From assembly GCA_965644265.1 (NCBI GenBank), contig OZ286466.1:20708001-20772000 (forward strand): a stretch of DNA of 64,000 bases, given 5' to 3'. The stretch's first letter is position 1; the number at the start of each line of letters is the position of its first letter. The position numbers were made by a program, and so were the translations under genes. This document shows, piece after piece, positions 1-11,571 of the stretch. The notes under the pieces are model-generated. The model saw only the letters and a list, made by a program, of their open reading frames with translations. It made no database searches and was not told where the DNA came from. The stretch comes from Glycera tridactyla. Lineage: Eukaryota.

Positions 1-900
1 ATGTCTTTTTTCATAGACCTCTTTGTATCTTTTGGCAGCTTTTACAATGTTCTCACGAGCCATTTTTCGATGCAACGTGAGTTCAGGTAGCAAGACTTCT
101 AAGACTTCTTGCTCCTTAGTATACAAAGACTTTGGATCTTTTACATGGCAATATTCTCCAACTAAGGTATCCACTTCCGTAGCCAGGAACATAGGTGAAT
201 ACCCCGAAGTCTGTGATACTGAACTGTTTAAATTCAGTCTCACGACTGGCAGAAACCGTACCCACTCCTTAGATTTTGCTAATTAGCATTTTCATCATGG
301 CTAATATAGAACTATTGACTCTTTCTACTTTCGCATTAGACTCTGGTCGATGACTACTTGTGAATAGTCTTTTATATCCGAGATGTTAAGCTAACGATTT
401 CATAAGTATACTTCTGAAGCTTTGATGTCTATCGGTGGTTAAAAAGAACCGGACATCCATGTCTACATATCCACTCTCTAAAGAATGCTCTTGCTAATGT
501 TTCGGCCTGTTCTTTTGGAACTGCTATAATTTCTACATAGGACGAAAATGAGTCTATCATAACCAAAAGCTTGGTATGTCCAGTTGTAGGATCTGCTGGT
601 AACGATCATACATCCATATGTACATGATACCATATGGGAAAGACTTGTCGTAATTCACGAGGAGCTCTATATAAACTATAGGCCCTTTTCCCCTGACCAC
701 AGGTCTGGCAGCTTTGAACATAGGCTTTTATATCAGTAGCCATCTTTGGCCAATAATACTTATTCCTAATGCTCACTAAGAGTTTCAAAGTGCCACGATG
801 TTATTCCATCATGCTATCGTGATGTACATCTACAACATGGCCACGAAATTCAAGGGGTAGACATAATTATAAGATTGGCCCCTCTGTATATCGTGAACCC
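1..900 (-). pseudogene. Gypsy integrase (Zn-finger plus core), frameshifted
   Basis: YYWPKMATDIKAYVQSCQTC (integrase Zn-finger C-C half) in ORF 606-788; WYHVHMDV start of the core; SSHRPESNAKVERVN near 315-360 matches the (Y)HPQSNGxVERxN motif. Confidence 0.9.
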
Positions 901-1414
901 GGAACATTGAATATCCGATAAAGCAGGTCTTCGTTTCCAAGTATATAGTGTTGATGAACTCTCAATACTATCTTGGCTTTATCGGCTGCTTTTGGTAGAC
1001 TATCATATTTCAAATAGTAATACATGTCCTTAAATCAGGACTGTCCTTCTGTATGTCCCTCAATATTTCAAAATTGGCTCGAAACTGCTTCAGTTGTTCA
1101 TCTAGTAACCTAGGTCCTAAGAAGGCATGCGCTTGCTCATCTTGAGTTTCTTCTAAATGACCTTTCATCACGATTATCGTCTGTTACACTCTGCATCTGT
1201 TTCTGTCTATCGACTGCTTGTTTCGTGTACAGATCGTGATGGACACTTCCATGTCTGGTTTTGTTAGCTATCTCACTTATCGATTTACGATATGGCATAT
1301 CGTTTCCCAGAGTCTTAACAAATAATACGATATTATCGTCTAGTGATGCTCCTATCTCCTTAAGAGAATATCCTCAATCTATAGAATTCTCTTCTGGAAT
1401 TCTGGACAATGCAT

Positions 1415-1900
1415 TTATAGCTTCGATAGATTTCCAGGTGCATGCTTGATATCAATATTCAAGCCCTGGATTTCCAAAGCCCAACGTAATAACTTTGGAG
1501 CTGAGGAGGTTCTAAGATTCCTAAGATATCTAGCAGTTAAGTTGTCTGTAGTCACATAGATTTTCTGGCGTCCCAAAAGATGTCTATATAACCTTATCGA
1601 CAATATAAGACTAAAAGCCTCTTTTGAGTTTATATCCCAGACTCTTTGTTGCGCATTCAATTTCTTAGAGAAGAATGCAAGAGGTCTGAGTACATCATGG
1701 TCGTCTTTTTTGGCTCAGAATTGAAGAGACGCGGTGTTGTGAAACATCTGTTGTGAGGAAAAATTCCTTGTCTAGTCTTGGATAATATAAGACTGCATTT
1801 TTCAGCAATTCAGTCTTCAGAGTGTCCATGCTTTGTTGACACTTTGTATCCCAAAAGAATCTCACATCTTTTCGAGTTAGATTCGTAATAGGCTCAGCAA
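1415..1900 (-). pseudogene. Gypsy RNase H
   Basis: VLRPLAFFSKKL...AQQRVWDINSKEAFSLILSIRLYRHLLG...VTTDN...LLRWALEIQGLNIDIKHAPG, a typical Gypsy RH C-terminus. Confidence 0.9.
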
Positions 1901-1989
1901 TTTCAGCATAGTTTTTAATGAACTTCCGGTACTATCCGGTAAGACCCACCATCTTCTAACTTCTGTCACATTGGTTGGGGCCGGAAAGT

Positions 1990-2760
1990 CTTGTATAGCT
2001 TTAATCTTTCCCGGATCTGGTTCAAGTCCTTTTTCTGTCCAAATGTGTCCTAGAAATTTAAGTTTCTTGCGTGCAAAGTCACACTTGCGAGGATGGACTT
2101 GAAAACCTTACTGTCGAAGCTGATTAAAGACTTTAGACAGATGTACCAGATGTTCTTTAAATGAGCCAGATGCAACAAAGACGTCATCCCTAAAATTCCA
2201 GACGAACGTCTGGCCTAATCTGCTGAGTGCTGTACTCATGGCTCTACTATAGATAAAAGGAGCCATGCTCAAACCAAATGGCATGCGAAGAAATTATAGC
2301 AACCTTTACCAGTGGTAAAGGTAGTATAGTCTTGACTAGACTTTTCCATAGATATCTGGTAATATCCAGACAGCATATCTAATGAAGACATCCACTTTGG
2401 AGCCTGTCTAGCTATAGAATCGTGGAGATCATCAAAAGTAGGCATCACAAAGAAACCTGCATCTTTCTGAGTCATCGAGTTTAACGATCGATAATCGATA
2501 CAAGCTCTCCAAATGACAGATTTATCTGGATTGCGATTTCTCTTTTTGACCATTACAACAGGTGACTGCCAGGGATTATTAGACTTGATAATCACTTTTG
2601 CTGCTAGTAACTCTTGGACTTGTCTATCTAACGAATCCTGTTTTTCTGGACTTAGCTTATACGGTCTTTGTTTTACAATTTTGGCCTCTTCCTTTAACTT
2701 AAATTCATGCTCGACGCACGTAACCTTTCCTAACTGTACAGTTGAGGTAGCAAATATGTC
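1990..2760 (-). pseudogene. Gypsy reverse transcriptase
   Basis: QRPYKLSPEK, SPVVMVKK, WRACIDYRSLN, SSLDMLSGYYQI, TTFTT; catalytic YxDD is degenerate (FRDD, ~2185-2197); KCDF...KFLGH...PDPGKIKAI. Confidence 0.95.
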
Positions 2761-3481
2761 TCTATTTGCGTTCAAGAGATCTATTAGTTGTGTTTTCGGT
2801 TCTTCGTTACAGTCTGTCAAATCTAAAATTTGCATCCAGTCGATAGCCTCGAATGTACGGTCGTCACGTCGCTCCAACCCCCAACACGTTTTCCCTAAAG
2901 GCTTCGGTCTTGAAGTCATTCGACGAGACTGTTACGTCCGTCGGCTGATCTCGTGTGGCGTGACTGAGCAGATCGCAAATTTCTCCACTCACGTCAACCG
3001 GATCGACAAGTTGGAAGTCGTCGTCGAAAGACAGTCGAGCAAGGTTCGCGCCTGGGCCAATAGTAACCGGCTCGTGGCCTAAATTCGCCATTTTAATCCA
3101 GACGGAACCCCGGCTCGACACAGTTACCAAACACGGATCGACTTCCAACGTAGGCGGTACGTCTACGTGATTCGAGGGATAAACAAGGACCTGGATTGCA
3201 TCTTCCTCATCACCATCATCACCTATTTCTACACCTTTTTGAATTTTTCTCCCAATATTTATCAGAAATATGCAATTTAGTAGTAATAACACTGTGTGGT
3301 TAAATGACTATTTGTTTTGTGTTCACAAGATCTATTGATTTTTCAGTAGGAATTAGTCAGAATAGTAGCAACCAGTGGGGCGTTTTCAAAAGAAACTGTA
3401 TCTCTCTCAAACTCAATCACGGCTCGATGATTTTTTTCAGAAAGTCGATTCCGAGGATTAGGGAAACCGGTGGGTCTTCAG

Positions 3482-3740
3482 CTACATTAGACTAACTGGC
3501 ATCACTTTCCCAGCAACTTCTAATGGAATCTCGACCTGATCCACTATAGGAATCTGTTTGCCAGAAGCATCGGCCAAACGTAACGTTTTTGAGGTATCTA
3601 TAGGAAAAAATCCTTCAATGTTGTATAACTCCCACTGATTCTTACTTACAAGACTTGCTGAAACCTCTGTATCTATTAGAGCTTTCACAATAATGCCATT
3701 GTACTTAACACGTATAAAACCACCATCCAGATTCAAAAGA
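3482..3740 (-). pseudogene. Gypsy aspartic protease
   Basis: IRVKYNGIIVKALIDTEVSASLVS (the DTG motif is mutated to DTE), LRLADASG, VEIPLEVAG. Confidence 0.85.
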
Positions 3741-3818
3741 AAAATTCTTGCATTCGTCACATATATACAGGATATGGGATCTACTAGAGATATTCGCAGA
3801 AAGAGTCGTTTTGCACCA

Positions 3819-5528
3819 TCATTGAGATATCTTGTTATACCAACATGTTTCAGTAGTATGTTGGTTTCCACATGTTTTACAAGATACTCTATTCATATCA
3901 GGCAAATTTCGTTCCATGATAGGCTGGCGTCTGGGGCAATGCCCATTGTCCCCACAAGAATAACATATCACCACGCCCACCATTGAAGTGACTGGCTGAG
4001 AACCAAATTTAGTACTATCATGTGCAGTAGTTGAGAAGTTGGGGTCAGAAATATTTCAATTTGCACCATTACTTAGTCTTTCAGGACAATGTGGAGCATA
4101 ATGTCCTAGTCTTTTACAATTTAAACAAGTAACAGTTTCCATGTGTTGTATCATTTGACCTACTTTGCCACCTCCGGAATTTGAGGATGAAAGATTATTA
4201 TTCCCACCTCCTCTACTTTTTCCACCCCAACCTCGGTTTTGACCTTTATTTCGGCCTCGACCTTGGGTGAAATTTCCGGCCAAATTTACATTTCCGGATT
4301 TTTCCCGGATTTTCATATGAATCATTGAACTGCAAATGACTGCTTGAATCTATTGGGTTGCCCTTGGTTTAGATGCAGGTTGTAGGTTTGTTGCTAAGGC
4401 CGTTAATTTGGTCATAATGGTGTCCAAAGGACTACCAGGACCTGCCAAAGCATTTGCTAAAAAAAACTGAAGCTATTAGCCAGTTTCGTCCAATCTACTA
4501 GACATTTTTGCGTCCTGTATAGCAACTATAAGGTCTTCTAAAGAAGTAGGTAATTTAACCATAATCATTTGTTTTACTGGTTTTCTCACTCCTCTATAGA
4601 TAACGAACATCAGTTGTTGTTCTTCAGCATTAGAGAAGGCTTCACCACTTTTCTTTTGAAATACTTTGTGTCCTACATCTACTACTTTCCTAACAAAAGC
4701 ATCAGTTGTACTCGTCCCTTGAGTTAGGACGTCCAACTCTTCTAAACGATTCCATGGTCGATTTTCAAGACCTACAAATGTATCTAGAAATTTCTCCTTC
4801 AAATCGGTCTTTTTGTCCTTAAGAGCTTCATACCAAATATATTCCTCGTCACCTAGGACCATAGGAAGGACATCACCCTGTGCAGCACCTTTTACAGTAC
4901 AATAAATTTCAAACTGGCCCCACCACACTTGGGCATCACTCTTTCCTGCCTCAAAAATGGGCAGTGTCATAAAACTTCCCCCTTTATCAACTTTTGCCAA
5001 GGCCGCAGCCATGACATCTATTGGGTGCGTCATGACTGGTGGTACTGGTGGTGGTGACGTATCTCTAAAAAGTACTGGTGGCTCAGTATCCGAGTCACTT
5101 TCTACTAAAGAACTCAATACAGGTCCCGAATAATATGGTTGTACAACACTGCTTTCAGCAAAGCTGAGTTCTGATTCCCCTTCAGATACTTCTCCGAAAA
5201 GTTGTCTGGATACAGTATCCCTATCTGCACTTTGACTTGACTCTCCTTCCTTTGAAGAATATAGAAGTTGCTCAGCCAGTCGCTTCTATAGCCAGATTTC
5301 CTTTCTAGCTCTGGTAGAATGAGCTGAAGGAAGATCTTCTTCAGTCTGTTCTCTTAATGATTGAGCTCCTAAAGGAGTACCAATAGGATTTTTAGGAGCT
5401 TCCAAAGGATATACAGGTTCCTCGGTTTTCTTGGAACCTTTCCCTTTACTTTTACCTTTCTTTTTCTGTGGAACAGACTTCTTGCTAGAATCCCCTGAAG
5501 CCTTATCCCCTGAGGCTGAATCTGACAT
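3819..5528 (-). pseudogene. Gypsy gag with CCHC zinc knuckle(s)
   Basis: ORF 5528-5286 is in frame with ORF 5117-4476 across one TAG; a frameshift lies near the A-run at ~4460; then a Gly/Arg-rich stretch and CLNCKRLGHYAPHC; two more Cys/His motifs follow in frame after the TGA at 4056. Confidence 0.85.
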
Positions 5529-6089
5529 TCAGTGATTCCATCAATTGTATAAAAAATATCATAATATCCCCGTAAATTTCGAAAATGAGAACTCTCAGTA
5601 TAAAAGAAGGTATCAAGTGTGTTAGGGGTTAACAAAACCTCGAAAAGTAACAATATCTTACATCGGAAGTCGTCTACGGGCGTTCCTGTTGCTCCCCGGT
5701 CTCTCTCGCTGGACAAAACGTGTTTTGTTCTGCGGTAACGAGCGGCACGCTTCTCGGTGTCCTTTCCCGTCGATTAGTCGCACTCACACTGGCTTCGCGT
5801 TGTCGCCGCAGCTCCTCCTGATCTCACGCATGGGTAGCCACTCGACTCGGTTCCGCTCCGTCGCTTTCCAATCGATCGAATCAGCCGCCGCTCCCTCCTT
5901 GAGAAATCACGTCCACGTGATCTTGACGCAGGCGAGACCGCCGACTAGCAGCGCAGTCGACACGGTTCAGCGGAGACCTCCAGGTAACCCCACACAAATG
6001 TCTGGCCTTCCCCCAGCTTATCGCACACCGCTATCTCCGGGCAAACCGCAGGAGCTCGCCGGCTCCACTCACGTCGTAGAGAAAATCGG

Positions 6090-6100
6090 ATTCTCCACCA
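6090..6100 (-). promoter_or_regulatory. Second PBS-like copy
   Basis: Identical 11-mer TGGTGGAGAAT, again preceded by TGACA plus a short spacer. Confidence 0.6.
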
Positions 6101-6157
6101 AATATGTCAGCAGCCAATTTCGCAGGATACCGCTAGCGTGTTACAAGCGGCCCTTGT

Positions 6158-6168
6158 ATTCTCCACCA
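6158..6168 (-). promoter_or_regulatory. Primer-binding site (tRNA-Ala-like), LTR-proximal copy
   Basis: TGGTGGAGAAT begins 2 nt after the LTR-terminal CA; it is complementary to a tRNA 3' end ...AUUCUCCACCA, as in eukaryotic tRNA-Ala. Confidence 0.7.
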
Positions 6169-6170
6169 AA

Positions 6171-6680
6171 TGTCACTCACTACTCACACATGGAATATAG
6201 TGAAAGGTAGGGATCGCTTTCTCGTTTGTAGGCAAAACCAGACGACTTGATTTCCAGATCCAATACTTCTTTATTCCCCAGATGAAGACAGCATAGTATA
6301 CACAAAGTGATACAATCAGCTGTGGGGGAAGGCCAGGTAGACTTCGAACTGACTTCACGGTGTCCAACTACACTTGAAGTCCCTCAGTTGAGTTCTGAAG
6401 TATACGGTCTTCCACCACTGCTTATATAGGTGTGAGTTACATAAATGATTCTGCATGGTCATCATGACACGTCATACTTGACATACATAGAAGAAGGTCA
6501 CGTGGTCTTATATAATTTACGGCGGGTAATTCCCAGAATTCCCGCTGATGTGGGACATAACCACCCACATACTATATAGGTCAGATGTACTCAACCTTGA
6601 CTTACATCATCACCTGGTGAGTTCACCTGCACTTAGAGAGTCCGAGACACCGATATGAACTCTGATACCACTGACCAACA
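6171..6680 (-). repeat. 5' LTR of the Gypsy element (outer boundary uncertain, ~6470-6685)
   Basis: Ends ...GTGAGTGACA just before the PBS; minus-strand TATATAAG (6421-6428) and AATAAA (~6270) are in the expected LTR order. The partner LTR is outside the window. Confidence 0.6.
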
Positions 6681-7458
6681 ACATCATTTCATCATGAATC
6701 AATTATAATCAAAAATTTTCGCTGATAGATGGAGGCCGATCCCGGTGCCGAGAATTTGATTTCACTGTCCTTGTTGGCAGTTTGAGTCACCATCTAGTAT
6801 ACTTGTTTTGCTTAGAACTTCACAAATCTTCTAAATTATATTTCTTTTGGATGCCTCATACCTAAAAACATGTATGCGACACCAGGCATGATTAGTTCTT
6901 GAGATATACTCTAAAGACTAATTGACATCATTCTGGCAGCCATTTTGGTGGCCGTCTTGGATTTTTCAGAAAGCTCCGGGCTGAGAATTGCAAGCCCACC
7001 TCTTCTCGAACCTGGGTACACTACATATCAAGAGAATACAATAAAATGGTTTTCCCAGCATTTTGAGGGGTACCCTCCTCTGATATATTGTTCAGTAAAG
7101 ATATTCACCATCCACGAGATTTCCATCACAATATTTTGAATGATCCTTTCACCTTTGCATGATGAACACAATGGCATGAGAGACAACAAAACGCAGAATT
7201 GAAAAGGTGGGGAAACTGCCGTTCTACCAATTTCTACCGATCAAATAAAATTTTGAGTGCCTTATCGATTCTCACGATAGTTTTTGATGTAAATTACACA
7301 CCTGGACAAAACAACAAAACGGCCAGACCATACGTGCCACTCGTCGCGAGGAATATCAATTTTTTTTTAAAGGAAATTAACCCTTATATTCACCCTGCTT
7401 CTATTGCCTACAATGAAATGAGACATTATGGGACTAGATGCAGAAACCTGTCACCAAA

Positions 7459-8170
7459 ATTGCGTGCACAGATGCTGCCGATGGTCTTCTTGAATGAAAC
7501 TACATAGCAGACTTACACAACAAATTGGTCGTCGTAATTCTTATACCGAGATTGCTTGAATACGGGAGTGATGTCGAGAGTACGACCAATATCCGCTACC
7601 TAGGAACCATCCTTGTGATAATGTCTGTATAATATCCCGCCATCTTGGTTACACTTGTGTACATTGATGTCTAGATTGGGTGGAAATTCTGAGGATCCAA
7701 GGGTCAGAAATGATATCTTGCATTACTGTGAACTTCACCATTGGTGGAGCCAGAAGCAGGAGTTTTGAGTGTTTCTATCTGTCCCCATTGGATCTTCGTC
7801 TCAATATATTCCAGATTGCGTGCACAGATGCTGCCGATGGTCTTCTTGAATGAAACTACATAGCAGACTTACACAACAAATTGGTCGTCGTAATTCTTAT
7901 ACCGAGATTGCTTGAATACGGGAGTGATGTCGAGAGTACGACCAATATCCGCTACCTCAGAACCATCCTTGTGATAATGTCTGTATAATATCCCGCCATC
8001 TTGGTTACACTTGTGTACATTGATGTCTAGATTGGGTGGAAATTCTGAGGATCCAAGGGTCAGAAATGATATCTTGCATTACTGTGAACTTCACCATTGG
8101 TGGAGCCAGAAGCAGGAGTTTTGAGTGTTCTATCTGTCCCCATTGGATCTTCGTCTCAATATATTCCAGA
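7459..8170. repeat. Tandem duplication, 2 x ~356 bp
   Basis: attgcgtgcacagatgctgcc...atattccaga occurs at 7459 and 7815, with only a few differences. Confidence 0.95.
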
Positions 8171-11100
8171 TGGTGCCCAGGACCCATGAAATGAGCAACC
8201 AATCACCCACCTAATCCAACAACCGAACAGGTTTTTCACTTTTGATGCAATTGCTATAGGTGTAGCAGGGATTTCCATGACTGGCTGGTGAAGGTGATCA
8301 TGTTTCTCATCGTAATATCTAACACTCCAAGTAGTCATAAGATTGACGTTCGCAGTGACATATAGTATCTTTTTCTGGTAATGTATCATGACGAGAACAA
8401 TAGACGCACCAAGTGGGGCTCTTTGCGCCCAGCATCTGTTCACAAAAGGCACTCTCTGTTCGTAACGCATGTGGTAATTGCTGTTCTAAAAAGCAACGTT
8501 TCAAGCCATCACATACTCACCAATCCTATCTGGGCGTTGATTGAGAATGTTCCCGCTTTCATGTCCTGAATTGAGAAACCAGAAACTTTTCTCAGACCTG
8601 ATATCAGGTTGCGACACCATCGAGGGCTGATACAAAGAAATAACCAAAATGATATCTTATTCCGCGAATATGACACTAAGTTAATATGAGCCATATCTGT
8701 TTTCCTGTCGGGGTTCACTGGCGTCAAATTGTAAATTGAACATTGAATGGTCTCAAACTGATCTACTCTGAGTCTTGTTTCTGCCAAGACGATAAGACCA
8801 TGATAGGTCGTGATCATATCAGCAGTGGTAATTAGTTCGAATCAGGCATTTCAAAATCATGAATTGTCTATAGTTTTCATGATCATATTTGTTGCTGGAG
8901 TATCGACCATGAGATACAGCGATGGACGTTTGGGTCAACTAGAAACCGTGGAGCCCTCCAGTGGTCAAGAGGGACAATAGCAAAATTTCCAGTGTGAGGA
9001 ATCCGAGGATAATTCATGGAGCAGCAAATTTCGAGATGACCTTCACTTTGCCATGTGCATACATCATCCCACATCTGATATTTGGCCAAAATAATGTATT
9101 TTGTCGCATTTGTGTGCTAGCATAGTCGATTACTTGAAATATATACTCACCACAGATATCAATTGATAAACAACTAATCTCGTTTCAACAACTAGGGTGT
9201 CTTTCATGTTGATTCTTGGTCTTATTTTCGTATAGTTTTCTTTCATCCACCTATAGAAGTTAGACTCTCTCGATAGCGTTTCTGTAATCACACCGTAATA
9301 GCCATAGTGGCCTTGAAGAATAATTTCACAGTAGAGGAAAATTGGACAAATATTGTGTCATGCATGCACATGAAGGCATCAATAAAGCGAGATGTTGTTT
9401 CATCTCTTTCGACCCCTGGATAGATATTGATGCTAATCCTATCCTGTGAAAATATTGAAACACAAAAACGTGACCTTGAAATGGCGTTGCTAGTTCAGGT
9501 TGTATTTATTTTGATTGGCTGTTGCCTTATAGATTTCAATTGAGCCCAGCGGGAAAGGTCCTAATCTCTCTTGTCTGATATGTCTGTGATTTCCATACCA
9601 GTTTCCCTTCTATTCAGGACCTGGAATAAGCAGCCTTTAATTATCCTACCCAATACCAAGATTATGCTTACGAATTGTTAAACAAATGACCAAATATCCA
9701 ATATCGTATCTTTTAAGATGCTATCTGCCATTTTTGGGGTGAGAGGTGTAATATTGATAGGGCACAACTCTCTACCTGTGATTGTATCTCAGACCCTCCT
9801 TTCTTCTGCTTGCATTTAGCAGCCAATATAAATTATAATCCCTCTCAATTTTCCAATGGGCAGTACAACAAATCATATTTCATGACATGTATGAATGACA
9901 CAAGCATAGTTGTCAAAAAATATGAAAGCCAGATATAAATAGTAGATCCAAAGTCGTTAAGCAAGATTTCCAACTGATCTTCCTTATTAAGAAGTGACTT
10001 TTCTCAAAGAAATGGATTTCTCAGATCAATATCTCATGGAGTAACTCGTTGCTGACATGACTTTGATAGAGAACAGGCATGAGATTAGAAGCGAGTTCTT
10101 AGTCCTGAAGTAGAACCTACCTAATGGTACCTCCCGGGAGCATGCTTGATGGAGGACGAGGATGAACACACTCACAAACACTTGGAAAGTCACAAGAGCA
10201 TCTTTCATCACGCGCATTTGTGTGATCACCATAATTCTTCGAATCTTCGAAGTTGTGTGAATGTGACTTCCAGATTATTCGTCCTGTGAGTCAGAAGTAA
10301 ATGTAATTTCATTGGTTCCCAGTCCAGTAGCCATAGCAAGTTCACCCGACTTTACAATTGGATTCATTAGTAAGCCCGTTGAAGCTTGAGTCTTTCTCGT
10401 CCCCCAACCCACACAATCGACTGCATAGGCTAAGTACTCCACAATCACCACCACTGCCTACTGTCAATTGGCCATTCGCAGTTCGTTGCAGTAAATCGGT
10501 ATGCATCAGCATCATTCATATCTGTCATTTGGATGCATAATTTTAAGAATTATCAACGAAAAATGGGTATCACACAATAAGAGCGTCGATAATCTATCTA
10601 AAACCCCTGCATTTCCACGCTTGACAACATATTTGATGGTCCCGATGAAGCAGGTCCACCGCAAAACTGACACTCTCTCATTGGACAAGCAACAGGCGGG
10701 ATGAGCAAGTTTACTCGGAAGTTGGGCATAGCATTTGTAGCTTCTGCTTTTTACACTTACTGAGAGAGCTCCACTCACTCACATTATGCCCAGAAGAATT
10801 GCCAGCACACAATTTATCTGTGGTAATACGGCAATAATACATGGAGATCGAGCAGATCTTATCATATTCATCTTGGGGATCCTGCCATGTGATCTAACAA
10901 GGCCCAAAGCGTACGAACGTAAAGGGATTATTTTGTATGATCAATTCCACTATCTGAGAAAGCTGTATTGCTCGGTATGCAGCACCAAGAACGAGATGAC
11001 GAATAGGATGGAATGCCTTGATTCTCGATTTGCTCAATTTGCATGATGGATTTATTTCCTTGACACACCAGACAAGATACAGGTACCATAATGATCATAT

Positions 11101-11571
11101 CACATCGACAAAATGTTCATGACAGCGCCCAAATGGTGGCCATTTTGATGATGATGGCAAATGAGAATCTGCGTCTCCAAATGGTATATCATAGTTCGGC
11201 GATTCAGTCGAAGCGAAGTGGGATTTTATTATTCAAATCTTGATATTAGAATAGACAAAGTGATCCTGAATTTCTGAGTCATTTCCAGCAAGATTAGCGC
11301 AATTTCTTCGCTGCCCAAAACCGTGAAATAGTTTCACAACCATGGGAGATCTCATATCTTTGTATTCACACTGATTTATCAGTATCTGTGGTATAATTAG
11401 TTAGAATACCATTAAAATGGTGTAAAACGGACAAATTGTCAGTTAGAGTATCAGCTGTTTCGCCCGAAAGGGCAATGTTTTCTGTCGAAATGCAAGTCAA
11501 ATTGTGAAACAAGGACCGCATAGTCAATTGAAAATGTTATCATTAAGAACTATCAGTCAATCAATTCATTC

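Larger units (their letters stand above)
1..6680 (-). mobile_element. Ty3/Gypsy LTR retrotransposon, degenerate, 3' part runs off the window start
   Basis: Minus-strand domain order gag(CCHC)-protease-RT-RNaseH-integrase; PBS TGGTGGAGAAT directly after ...TGACA; many stops and frameshifts. The outer LTR edge is uncertain. Confidence 0.95.

Noticed and set aside
2513-3082. Plus-strand 189-aa ORF (likewise 3693-3986 and 5689-6210)
   Set aside because: These are antisense shadows of the Gypsy pol and leader, with no recognisable protein features.
8509-8817. Apurinic endonuclease-like LIVLAETRL motif
   Set aside because: Only one short motif; the other conserved APE motifs (GDFN, DH) are not convincingly present.
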